A stretch of DNA of 64,000 nt from Lachnospiraceae bacterium (GTDB taxonomy: Bacteria > Bacillota > Clostridia > Lachnospirales > Lachnospiraceae), in contig JAQXVO010000020.1 in the NCBI GenBank assembly GCA_029224965.1, positions 67,972 through 131,971 of the forward strand, written 5' to 3'. How positions within the stretch are numbered: position 1 is the first letter of the stretch; the number at the start of each line of letters is the position of its first letter. Of the stretch, positions 53,165-62,613 are shown piece by piece. A program made the translations under genes and the position numbers. The notes beneath the pieces were generated by a model that was not told the origin of the DNA, did not search any database, and saw only the letters and a list, made by a program, of their open reading frames with translations.

Positions 53165-53220
53165 CGAACAGCTGTTCGATTCGCTGTTCCTATCCTAAAC
53201 CAGAACGTTCTTCCTGTCAA
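53165..53220 (-). promoter_or_regulatory. recA promoter with a LexA (Cheo) box
   Basis: Perfect palindrome CGAACAGCTGTTCG (53165-53178); TTGACA(53220-53215)-17 bp-TAGGAT(53197-53192). Confidence 0.85.
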
Positions 53221-53394
53221 TCCTGTCCGGGGAATTTCTTTTCTCTTTTGTATTGTAGCGGATAATGCCTGTCCGTGCCGGCTAAGATTCTGAAATTTTT
53301 CTAAGGATTATAAAACATTACTAAAAAAGGAAGAAAACCGCAGGATCCCTGGATCCCGGGTTTTCTTCCCTCTGGTCTATATTTCTCTTAAGAA

Positions 53395-54987
53395 TCAGTT
53401 CCTCGAGAACTCTTCAAGCTTCAGGCCCTTGTTCCGGTCCAGGGTCATGCCGATCGACCACTCATTGACCCAGAGAAGAAGGGGACGGCCCTTCATGTCC
53501 AGGACCTTCTTCATATCGGAGGTACCGGAAATCGTGTCCACATCGATCTCATCCGGATTCTGAATCCAGCGGATGTATTCATAGGGCAGATTCTCCAGAA
53601 TGATCTCGACATTGTATTCGCTCTGCAGACGGAATTTCAGGACATCGAACTGAAGGACGCCGACAACGCCGACAATAATTTCCTCCATATTGCCCTTGTA
53701 TTCCTGGAACATCTGGATGGCGCCCTCCTGAGCGATCTGGTTTACGCCTTTGACGAACTGCTTCCGCTTCATGGAATCGACCAGTCGGCAGCGGGCAAAA
53801 TGCTCGGGTGCGAAGGTCGGGATTCCCTCGAAGGCAAAATGTTCCTTGGAAGCGGTCAGGGTGTCGCCGATGCTGTAGATGCCCGGATCGAAGATCCCGA
53901 TGATATCGCCGGCATAGGCCTCGCTCACCATCTTCCGTTCCTCGGCCATCATCTGCTGAGGCTGGGAGAGGCGAACCATCTTTTTGCCCTGGACATGGTA
54001 GGCATCCATGCCGGCGGTGAACTTGCCGGAGCAGATCCGCATGAAGGCGATCCGGTCTCTGTGGTTCTTGTTCATATTGGCCTGAATCTTAAAGACAAAG
54101 GCCGAGAAATCCGGATTGAAGGGATCAATCTCGCCCTTGTCCGACTGACGGGGCAGAGGAGATGTGGTCATATCCAGGAAATGACGAAGGAAAGTCTCGA
54201 CACCGAAGTTGGTCAGGGCCGATCCGAAGAAGACCGGAGTCTCTTCGCCCCTGGCCACCCGCTTCATATCCAGGGGAACGGCCGCACCGTCCAGAAGCTC
54301 CATCTCATCATTCAGATTGGAAAGAGCCTGGTCTCCGATGGCACCCGGCAGAGCCGGATCATCGATGGCGAGGTCCTCTTCCACGCCCTCTTTTGTACCC
54401 TTTAAGGTATCGGAATAGAGAAGGACCTTCTTGCTCTTCCGATCATAGACACCGCGGAACTCCTTGCCGGAGCCGATAGGCCAGTTGACCGGACAGGTAT
54501 CGATACCCAGCTCCTTCTCGATGTCATCCATGAGCTCAAAGGGATCCCTGGCATCACGATCCATCTTGTTGATAAAGGTAAAGATCGGAATATGCCGCAT
54601 GACGCAGACCTTGAAGAGCTTTCTGGTCTGGGGCTCGACACCCTTGGCGCCGTCGATGACCATGACGGCCGAGTCGGCTGCCATCAGGGTACGGTAGGTA
54701 TCCTCCGAGAAATCTTGGTGACCGGGCGTATCCAAAATGTTGATGCAGTAGCCGTCATAATTGAACTGAAGTACGGAAGATGTGACAGAAATACCACGCT
54801 GCTTCTCGATTTCCATCCAGTCTGATACCGCATGTCTTGCGGTCGCCTTGCCTTTGACCGATCCGGCCTGATTGATCTGGCCGCCGTAGAGAAGAAACTT
54901 CTCTGTCAGGGTCGTCTTTCCGGCATCGGGGTGGGAAATGATGGCGAAGGTCCGCCTCTTTTCGATTTCTTCACGTAAACTTGCCAC
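53395..54987 (-). CDS. prfC: peptide chain release factor 3
   Basis: RRTFAIISHPDAGKTT, DTPGHQDF, FKIQANM. Confidence 0.97.
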   Translation of the reverse strand: MASLREEIEKRRTFAIISHPDAGKTTLTEKFLLYGGQINQAGSVKGKATARHAVSDWMEIEKQRGISVTSSVLQFNYDGYCINILDTPGHQDFSEDTYRTLMAADSAVMVIDGAKGVEPQTRKLFKVCVMRHIPIFTFINKMDRDARDPFELMDDIEKELGIDTCPVNWPIGSGKEFRGVYDRKSKKVLLYSDTLKGTKEGVEEDLAIDDPALPGAIGDQALSNLNDEMELLDGAAVPLDMKRVARGEETPVFFGSALTNFGVETFLRHFLDMTTSPLPRQSDKGEIDPFNPDFSAFVFKIQANMNKNHRDRIAFMRICSGKFTAGMDAYHVQGKKMVRLSQPQQMMAEERKMVSEAYAGDIIGIFDPGIYSIGDTLTASKEHFAFEGIPTFAPEHFARCRLVDSMKRKQFVKGVNQIAQEGAIQMFQEYKGNMEEIIVGVVGVLQFDVLKFRLQSEYNVEIILENLPYEYIRWIQNPDEIDVDTISGTSDMKKVLDMKGRPLLLWVNEWSIGMTLDRNKGLKLEEFSRN

Positions 54988-55075
54988 AGTTTTCTCCTTC
55001 TTACATGGAAAGAACCTCGTCCAAAGACGAGGTTCTCAGATTTGATTCTTCCTGATACAGGAATTCCGAACGGAA

Positions 55076-55252
55076 TTACTTGTACTTTCTCTTACGAGCA
55101 GCTTCAGACTTCTTCTTCCGCTTTACAGAGGGCTTCTCATAGTGCTCTCTCTTACGAATTTCCTGCTGAATGCCTGCCTTTGCGCAGCTTCTCTTGAATC
55201 TGCGAAGGGCGCTGTCAAGAGATTCATTCTCTTTAACAATAACAGTTGCCAT
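55076..55252 (-). CDS. rpsU: 30S ribosomal protein S21
   Basis: Not in the ORF track; hand translation [58 protein letters not shown]; GGAGG RBS. Confidence 0.96.
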   Translation of the reverse strand: MATVIVKENESLDSALRRFKRSCAKAGIQQEIRKREHYEKPSVKRKKKSEAARKRKYK

Positions 55253-55421
55253 ATTCTCGAACCAAACCTCCCTCCAGCTTTTAAGATTATGCGTATAGCT
55301 GAATCGGTTATAAACGAAATCAACGCACTTAAGTTAGTATACTCACACTTCCCCTATCCGTCAAGGTAGTTTGTCAACTTTTTTGCCTTTTTTGCCTGAT
55401 GGAGGTCCCTTTCACCGGATT

Positions 55422-56075
55422 TCAGTCCCTTCCTCCCATCAGAGATGGCAGACGGTTTCTCCGGATGAAGTCTTCCTCCCTGCGAAGAAACTGGCTTTCA
55501 AAATCCCTGTCCGAATCATAATCCAGGAGAAAAAAGGTCGTCCGAAAGTCCGGTCCAAGTCTCATCTTCTGCCAGTAGTCTTCTCTAAGGAGACTCTGCA
55601 CCCGGCGGAGAAGGCGATGATATTCCGCCAGATATGCCTCATAACGGGAGAGATTTTCGATTTCCAGATAATCCTCGATCCGAACCTTTGATTTTCCGGG
55701 CATGTCGCAGCCATCCGGAATGACAAAATAGCGAAGACCAACTGCGTCAAACTGGCGGCCCATAGGAAAGAGGCGGCAGATCCCGGGCCGAAAGGAATGA
55801 ATTCTGCAGCGGCCGTTCTCCAGGAAAGGACAGGCCTTTTCTTTCATCTTTATGTAAGGAAGAAGAAGTCCGTCCGATTTTACAAAGCCAACAAAACTTC
55901 TGGCCAGATCCCGGGCGGACATGGAAAGACCTTTCTCCAGCTGCCAGAAATCGTAAGGATCCAGGCGGATGCTGTCTCCCATATTCCTGCAGCAATCGCC
56001 GCAGCCGTCACAGGCCCGGCAGGCTACCCTGGCCAGAGATCGGCCGGTCAACAATTCTTTCTTACTGATCTGCAT
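55422..56075 (-). CDS. YkgJ-family (CxxCxxCC) cysteine-cluster protein
   Basis: CDGCGDCC, CPFL...CRIH..RPGICRLFP. Confidence 0.88.
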   Translation of the reverse strand: MQISKKELLTGRSLARVACRACDGCGDCCRNMGDSIRLDPYDFWQLEKGLSMSARDLARSFVGFVKSDGLLLPYIKMKEKACPFLENGRCRIHSFRPGICRLFPMGRQFDAVGLRYFVIPDGCDMPGKSKVRIEDYLEIENLSRYEAYLAEYHRLLRRVQSLLREDYWQKMRLGPDFRTTFFLLDYDSDRDFESQFLRREEDFIRRNRLPSLMGGRD

Positions 56076-56138
56076 AAATTCTCCATTTTATCAAAATGGC
56101 CATCGGGACCTGCCCCGATGGCCTTATCATTCCTTATA

Positions 56139-58790
56139 TCAGCCCAGCTGCTCTGCCAGGGTTTCCTTTACCTTCTTTAAGGCATCCTCGATACCTGCAG
56201 GATTCTTGCCGCCGGCCTGGGCCATGTTGGGACGTCCGCCGCCGCCACCGCCGACCAGACCGGAAATGGCCTTGATCAGGTTTCCTGCATGAGCACCCTT
56301 TGCAATGGCATCATCGGTTGCCATGGCGATCAGACCAACCTTACCGTCTGCCTCGGATGCGATGACAACAACACCGGATCCAAGTTTTTCCTTGAAGGAA
56401 TCACCCAGATCACGGAGCTCCTTGCCGCCGACACCGGGTACATTGACAGCCAGAAGCTTCACGCCTTTGACCTCTTCCACCTGATCCATGACATCGCCGG
56501 CTGCTGCCTGGGCTGCCTTGGACTTCAGGGATTCATTCTCGGACTTCAGTGCCTTTAATTCTTCCTGTATCTTTACGATACGGTCCGGAAGCTCAGCTGC
56601 CGTAACCTTGGCCTCTTCTGCGGCCTTGTCCAGGAGGGCTTCGCGGCCCTCATAATAGGAGATCAGACCATCGGAGGTAACAGCCTCAATTCTTCTGACA
56701 CCGGAACTTACACCGGATTCGGAAAGAATCTTGAAGGCTCCGATTTCACCGGTATTTGCCACATGAGTACCGCCGCAGAGCTCGGTGGAGAAATCATCGA
56801 CCTTTACGACACGGACCTTGTCGCCGTACTTCTCTCCGAAGAGAGCCATGGCGCCGGTCTTCTTGGCTTCTTCCAGACTCATGACCTCGGTCACAACCGG
56901 AAGAGACTTGTGGATCTCTTCGTTGACAAGAGCCTCTACCTGCTTCAGCTCATCCTTTGTCATGGCAGAGAAATGAGTGAAGTCGAAACGCAGACGTTCG
57001 GTATTGTTATCGGAACCTGCCTGCTGTACATGATCGCCGAGAACCCGGCGGAGTGCAGCCTGGAGAAGGTGGGTTGCGGTATGGTTTCTGGAGATCAGGT
57101 CTCTTCTCTTCTTGTCTACGGAGAGGTGGACTTCGGAGCCTGTCATCAGAGAGCCTCTGGTAACTACGCCGACATGGCCGATCTTTCCGCCCAGAAGATG
57201 GATGGTATCCTCAACCTTGAATTCGCCGTCCTCGTTCCGGATATAACCCTGGTCGCCGTTCTGGCCGCCCATGGTGCCATAGAAAGGAGTCTCATCTACA
57301 ATGACGGTACCCTTCTGGCCTTCGGTCAGGGAATCTACGATCTCGGTCTCGCTGGTGAGAACAGAGATCTTAGAGTCATGGTCTAAGTTTCCATCATAGC
57401 CGACAAAGGCGGATGTGATCTTCGGATCAATCTCCTCGTAGACAGAAGCATCGGTGCCCATGTAGTTGGTCTCATGGCGGGCATTTCTGGCCTGCTCTCT
57501 CTGATGCTGCATGCACTCCTCGAAACCGGCCTTGTCATAGGTGAAGCCCTTCTCCTCCAGGATCTCTGCAGTCAGATCCACAGGGAAGCCATAGGTATCG
57601 TAGAGACGGAAGGCATCCTCGCCGGAAAGCTCGGTCTTGCCCTCTTCCTTCAGAGCCTCTTCGTATTTGCCGAGAAGATCCAGTCCATTGTCGATGGTCT
57701 TGTTGAACTGCTCCTCTTCCTTGGTCAGAACATTCTTGATCATGGAAGCCTTGTCAACCAGTTCCGGATAGCCGGCCTTGGAAGACTCGATAACGACATC
57801 GGCGATCTTTGCCAGGAAGGCGCCCTTGATTCCGAGCATTCTGCCGTGACGGGCAGCCCGGCGGATCAGACGGCGGAGGACATAGCCGCGTCCTTCATTG
57901 GAAGGAGTGATGCCGTCGGAAATCATGAAGGTTGCCGAACGGATATGGTCGGTGATCAGACGGATGGAAATATCATCCTTCTCATTTTCCTTATATTTCT
58001 TGTCAGCCAGCTTGCAGATAGCATCCCGGATGGCAACCATGGTGTCGATATCGAAGACGGACTCGACATCCTGCATGACAACGGCCAGACGCTCCAGGCC
58101 CATGCCGGTATCGATATTCTTCTGAGACAGCTCGGTATAATTGCCGTGGCCGTCACCCTCGAACTGGGTGAAGACGTTGTTCCAGATCTCCATGAAACGG
58201 TCGCCTTCGCCGCCCAGGACATCCTCCGGACCGGTTCCGTATTTCTCGCCGCGGTCATAGTGCATCTCGGTACAGGGGCCGCAGGGGCCGGCGCCATGCT
58301 CCCAGAAGTTATCAGAAGAGCCATCCGCATTTCTGCCGATCCGCATGATGTGATCGGAAGGAACATTCATTTCCTCGTGCCAGATCTTGTAGGCTTCATC
58401 ATCGTCAATATAGATCGTGACGTAAAGTCTCTCAGGATCCAGCTTCAGAACCTCTGTCAGGAATTCCCAGCTCCAATGAATGGCTTCGTTCTTGAAATAA
58501 TCGCCGAAGGAGAAATTTCCCAGCATTTCGAAGAAGGTCAGATGACGCTCTGTCTTTCCGACGTTTTCGATATCACCGGTTCTTACGCACTTCTGACAGG
58601 TGGTAACCCGTCTTCTCGGCGGTATCTCCTGACCGGTGAAGTAGGGCTTTAAGGGAGCCATACCTGCATTGATCAGAAGAAGACTGTTGTCATTGTGGGG
58701 TACCAGGGAAAAGCTCTTCATGACAAGGTGTCCCTTGCTCTGGAAGAAATCCAGGTACATTTTTCTGAGTTCATTTACTCCGTACTTCAT
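56139..58790 (-). CDS. alaS: alanine--tRNA ligase
   Basis: NAGMAPLK, TFFEMLGNFSFGDYFK, DTGMGLER, HTATH...ELCGGTH, GGGGGRP. Confidence 0.98.
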   Translation of the reverse strand: MKYGVNELRKMYLDFFQSKGHLVMKSFSLVPHNDNSLLLINAGMAPLKPYFTGQEIPPRRRVTTCQKCVRTGDIENVGKTERHLTFFEMLGNFSFGDYFKNEAIHWSWEFLTEVLKLDPERLYVTIYIDDDEAYKIWHEEMNVPSDHIMRIGRNADGSSDNFWEHGAGPCGPCTEMHYDRGEKYGTGPEDVLGGEGDRFMEIWNNVFTQFEGDGHGNYTELSQKNIDTGMGLERLAVVMQDVESVFDIDTMVAIRDAICKLADKKYKENEKDDISIRLITDHIRSATFMISDGITPSNEGRGYVLRRLIRRAARHGRMLGIKGAFLAKIADVVIESSKAGYPELVDKASMIKNVLTKEEEQFNKTIDNGLDLLGKYEEALKEEGKTELSGEDAFRLYDTYGFPVDLTAEILEEKGFTYDKAGFEECMQHQREQARNARHETNYMGTDASVYEEIDPKITSAFVGYDGNLDHDSKISVLTSETEIVDSLTEGQKGTVIVDETPFYGTMGGQNGDQGYIRNEDGEFKVEDTIHLLGGKIGHVGVVTRGSLMTGSEVHLSVDKKRRDLISRNHTATHLLQAALRRVLGDHVQQAGSDNNTERLRFDFTHFSAMTKDELKQVEALVNEEIHKSLPVVTEVMSLEEAKKTGAMALFGEKYGDKVRVVKVDDFSTELCGGTHVANTGEIGAFKILSESGVSSGVRRIEAVTSDGLISYYEGREALLDKAAEEAKVTAAELPDRIVKIQEELKALKSENESLKSKAAQAAAGDVMDQVEEVKGVKLLAVNVPGVGGKELRDLGDSFKEKLGSGVVVIASEADGKVGLIAMATDDAIAKGAHAGNLIKAISGLVGGGGGGRPNMAQAGGKNPAGIEDALKKVKETLAEQLG

Positions 58791-58994
58791 GGATTGAAAC
58801 CTCTCATGCCGTCAAGGCCTGCTGCGTTAACCTGCAGACACCCGTTCTATAAAGGCAGCAAGCCTGCCTGCTCACTTCTTTTCAGCCGCAGCCGTTTTCA
58901 CGCTGCCAGCGAAAGATAGATCGAATGCCGCATATTCTGAAAAATAAAATACAAACGAATAGATTATAAGAGAAAAGCCTTCTGATGTAAAGGT

Positions 58995-59774
58995 TTAGCG
59001 CCTTCGATCGTCCGGAATTTCAAAAACGATTCCCTCGCGATCGATGTCCACCACCTTGTCGGCAAGGCCGCGGAGCTCAGGGTCTTCCTTTACGGCCGCA
59101 ATCTGACCGAAATCCTGCCAGAGATGCATGGGGAAGACTAGATCCGCCGGAATATGACGGAGAAAGTAGGAGATGCCAAGCCTTGCGCCCTCTCCCATTC
59201 GTCCGTCCAGGTCCACAAAAGCCAGGTCGATGTGCTTTTCCTTCAGATGACGAAGCTCCCTCTTGTAGTTGGCCCCGCTCATATGGCTGTAAAGCTCGCG
59301 CTCCACGCCCCAGTTCCACCAGTTCAGATCTCCGGCGTGGTAGATATTGAGGCCCTCGCAGGTGATGAAATAAGCGACACCGATCGTATTGGGATTCAGA
59401 GTCCGGATCTTCACATCGCCGAGCTCCACTTCCTGGCGGACGCCGATTTTATGAATCTGCCGTCGGGCGGCCAGGGTTAGACCGTACTTTTTCCGGGTCT
59501 CTCCGCTGATCTTCAGATCCCTGGGTAAAATATAGACCGTATCCTTTCTCTCCTTCAGCCAGCCGAAAATTTCCGGAGCGTAGGCATCCATCCGGCTGTT
59601 GGAAACAAAGAAATACAATCTCTTATCCTCAGGAAGAACCGGCATATGGCCGTGAAGACGGACCGGCGGCTCGCAGTCCAGAAGGGCGGTCTCCGGAATA
59701 TAGTCAAATACCAGGACATGCCTGTCCAATTCCACAACAAAGCAGTCCTGGTGAACGAATGTCACTCTGATCAT
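58995..59774 (-). CDS. metallo-beta-lactamase-fold protein with a degenerate metal motif
   Basis: CFVVE....LVFDY, IYHAGDLNWW, FPMH; HxHxDH position reads NSRMDA. Confidence 0.78.
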   Translation of the reverse strand: MIRVTFVHQDCFVVELDRHVLVFDYIPETALLDCEPPVRLHGHMPVLPEDKRLYFFVSNSRMDAYAPEIFGWLKERKDTVYILPRDLKISGETRKKYGLTLAARRQIHKIGVRQEVELGDVKIRTLNPNTIGVAYFITCEGLNIYHAGDLNWWNWGVERELYSHMSGANYKRELRHLKEKHIDLAFVDLDGRMGEGARLGISYFLRHIPADLVFPMHLWQDFGQIAAVKEDPELRGLADKVVDIDREGIVFEIPDDRRR

Positions 59775-59798
59775 AGATAATATCACCTCTATTGAATT

Positions 59799-59853
59799 GA
59801 ATATCTGATGAATGTCTGATGAATGTCTTTTGAATTTCTTCGGAATGTCTTCA
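59799..59853. repeat. five degenerate 11-bp tandem repeats (core GAATnTCT)
   Basis: GAATATCTGAT GAATGTCTGAT GAATGTCTTTT GAATTTCTTCG GAATGTCTTCA. Confidence 0.75.
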
Positions 59854-60096
59854 TCCCGGATGTTTCCATCCGAATATGTCTATTGTATCCGCAGGTTCGT
59901 ATTAGAAATACCTTACGAAAAAACAACGATTTTTTCAATCAAAAGATGAAAATGTACAATTTCAATTCTGAGAGGCAGTATTCACATTGTAAAATCCAGT
60001 TTCAAATCTTAGACCCATTGCGCAGAAGAAAGCTTTTATAATAGAATACAAGAGCAAGAAAAACATTTAAATTCAACCATGGGATAGAGGTATGAA

Positions 60097-61377
60097 ATGC
60101 AGGAAGAAACATCTCCGAAGGAAATAAAGGCCCCCAAAGATTTGAAGGGCCGCCTGTCGGTCAGCGGACTCAGGATAAAAAACATAGTCAAATGGATTCT
60201 AATCTCTCTCGCTGAGGGAGTGGTCCTGGGTCTGATCGGCACACTCTTCTACTATTGTATCGCCTGGGCCACAGGCTTCCGCCAGAGTCATCTGATGGTG
60301 GTCCTGCTTCTGCCTTTCGGTGCCATGGCCATCCACTGGCTTTATCACATTACAAAAAGAGACAATCCCGGCGGTACCAACCTGGTCCTGGCCTCGATCC
60401 GGGACGGGCAGAAGATTCCGCTTCGAATGACGCCTCTGATTTTCATCTCGACTGTATTCTCCCATTTCTGCGGAGCTTCCGTAGGAAGAGAAGGTGCTGC
60501 CCTCCAGCTGGGCGGAAGTGTCGGTGCCTTTATGGCAAAGATTTTCCGTCAGAAGAATGAGAGCCGGAGAATCATGGTCATGGCTGGTATGGGCGCCGCC
60601 TTTTCCGCTCTTCTCGGCACGCCTCTGGCCGGGGCCGTCTTTGCAATGGAGATCACCTCTGTCGGCGTCATGTACTACCCGGCTCTGCTTCCCAGTGTCA
60701 TCGCGGCCTTTACAGCCCACCGGGTTGCTATCCTCCTCCATCAGCCCGTGACTTCCTATTCGATCGGACCTGTACCGGAATTCACTCTGATCTCAGCTCT
60801 TAAAATCAGTCTTGTCGGCCTTGCCTCGGGACTTGTGGCCATTCTCTTTATCATTGCCTTACAGGAGGCCGGTAAATACGCCGGAAGCCTGGTCGGAAAC
60901 AAATATCTCCGGGCCTTTGTCATCGGCTGTATCCTTCTGGGTTTGACCATCCTGACCGGGTTCCTTGAAGGAAGGCCGGAACAGTATAATGGTGCCGGCA
61001 TCGATATGATTGAAATGGCTCTCCTCGGAAATTCTCCCTGGTACGCCTTTCTGATGAAGATTCTCTTTACGGCCCTGTCCATTGCAGCCGGCTATAAGGG
61101 CGGAGAAATCGTTCCATCCTTCTTCATCGGAGCCACCCTGGGAGCCGCCATCGGACCCCTTGTCGGTTTAAATCCTGCTCTTGCAGCAGCTGCAGGCATG
61201 GGTTCGGTCTTCTGCGGTGTCACCAACTGTCCTCTGACCGGCCTGGTCTTCCTCTTTGAGCTCTTCGGTTTCAAGGCCATGCCTTTCTTCATCCTGCCCA
61301 TTGCCATTAGCTATGTGGCAAGTTCCTATTACAGTCTCTACAAGACTCAGGAGTTCCGTTTTAAGAAATTCATCTGA
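60097..61377 (+). CDS. CLC-family anion transporter with CLC-F-like signatures
   Basis: GGTNLV, GREGA, FAMEI, GGEIVP, SLY. Confidence 0.88.
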   Translation: MQEETSPKEIKAPKDLKGRLSVSGLRIKNIVKWILISLAEGVVLGLIGTLFYYCIAWATGFRQSHLMVVLLLPFGAMAIHWLYHITKRDNPGGTNLVLASIRDGQKIPLRMTPLIFISTVFSHFCGASVGREGAALQLGGSVGAFMAKIFRQKNESRRIMVMAGMGAAFSALLGTPLAGAVFAMEITSVGVMYYPALLPSVIAAFTAHRVAILLHQPVTSYSIGPVPEFTLISALKISLVGLASGLVAILFIIALQEAGKYAGSLVGNKYLRAFVIGCILLGLTILTGFLEGRPEQYNGAGIDMIEMALLGNSPWYAFLMKILFTALSIAAGYKGGEIVPSFFIGATLGAAIGPLVGLNPALAAAAGMGSVFCGVTNCPLTGLVFLFELFGFKAMPFFILPIAISYVASSYYSLYKTQEFRFKKFI

Positions 61378-61457
61378 GACATACAGCTAGATATCATACA
61401 AATCAGAAAAACGGATTTGGCATAGAAAGAGAAACGGAGAGCGAATCCTAATTTTTA

Positions 61458-61496
61458 CAAGAAAAAAGACCGGATGACTGCCGGTCTTTTTTCTTG
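61458..61496. terminator. bidirectional terminator between CLC and LysR
   Basis: CAAGAAAAAAGACCGG-7 nt-CCGGTCTTTTTTCTTG. Confidence 0.85.
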
Positions 61497-61526
61497 TGAA
61501 TTCAAATTTATTTCATTCTGCTGATC

Positions 61527-62375
61527 TTACTTCACCCTCAGGCTGTCCACAAAGCTTCGGATGGCATTATTATTGTCGCCCGGTCTATATTCCATAAAGA
61601 CCTTGCTCCGGACAGAAGCATCCAGGGGAACCAGGATGACCTGATCAAAGCCATGAACAGTTGTCAGAGGAAGAATGGAATAGCCCTTCTTCTGGTTCAG
61701 CTGCATGAGCTGATCCATCAACATGTCCCTCTTCTCGATTTTTCCGATCGCTGTACCGTAGATGGCCCTCATCTGCTCACTCAGATGGGACAGATACCAT
61801 TCGAAATCCGTTTTGGTAATCAGGGTCTCATTCTTTAATATGGCCGGGATGTTCTGGTATTTCTTCCAGAGATCCCTGTTGATAAAAAGAGCTGTTCCCG
61901 TCTCAAAGACTTCAGCCGCCTGAAAATCATGCGATCCCTCCTGAGCGGAGGAATAGAGAACCGCATCAATGGCATGACTGGACAGCTGCTTCTCCAGATT
62001 GGCCAGGTTGTCAAAGTTAAAGTTGACGGAGATATTGGGATTATTTTCCTGATAGCTCTGAATGCCTGGAATCTCAAAATATTCCTGCATGGCGATACCG
62101 ACACGAATCTCCTTCTTGGAGCTGTCCCGGATCTCTAAGAGAAGCTTATGATAGTCGTCCTCGATCTGACGAATGCCTCTGTAAAGCCGTCTGCCGCTGG
62201 GAGTTAAGAATGCCTTCCGGTGTTCCCTGGCAAAGAGTTCAAATCCAACCTCTTCCTCAAGATTTGAAATGTATTTACTCATCGTGGCCTGAGAAATATT
62301 GCATTCCTCCGCAGCTTCCGAAAAGTTTTCCAGTTCTGCCGCCTTCAGGAAATATCGTATTTTGCTTAGATCCAT
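61527..62375 (-). CDS. LysR-family transcriptional regulator
   Basis: NFSEAAEECNISQATMSKYISNLEEEVGFELFAR HTH. Confidence 0.88.
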   Translation of the reverse strand: MDLSKIRYFLKAAELENFSEAAEECNISQATMSKYISNLEEEVGFELFAREHRKAFLTPSGRRLYRGIRQIEDDYHKLLLEIRDSSKKEIRVGIAMQEYFEIPGIQSYQENNPNISVNFNFDNLANLEKQLSSHAIDAVLYSSAQEGSHDFQAAEVFETGTALFINRDLWKKYQNIPAILKNETLITKTDFEWYLSHLSEQMRAIYGTAIGKIEKRDMLMDQLMQLNQKKGYSILPLTTVHGFDQVILVPLDASVRSKVFMEYRPGDNNNAIRSFVDSLRVK

Positions 62376-62613
62376 AGGTAACCTCCCCTCCTGCAGGCCC
62401 GCCACATATGTGGATAATATTCTTTTTCTGAATCTTATCCATTGATTTTATTATAGCATCTTGGATATGAAAAGCACATTTTTCTTGAAATAGATCAGGA
62501 AAAACGTGCTTCTCTTCACTCGTATGATCTGAAAATCAGAGAAATTCTATTTTCCGGTTTTATATCGACCAAAGGGAAAAATCTATAAAACCCATTCACA
62601 GATTCTTCTCTTT

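Noticed and set aside
58791-58990. T-box upstream of alaS
   Set aside because: No GGTGGnACC motif or terminator/antiterminator is visible in the ~200-bp spacer.
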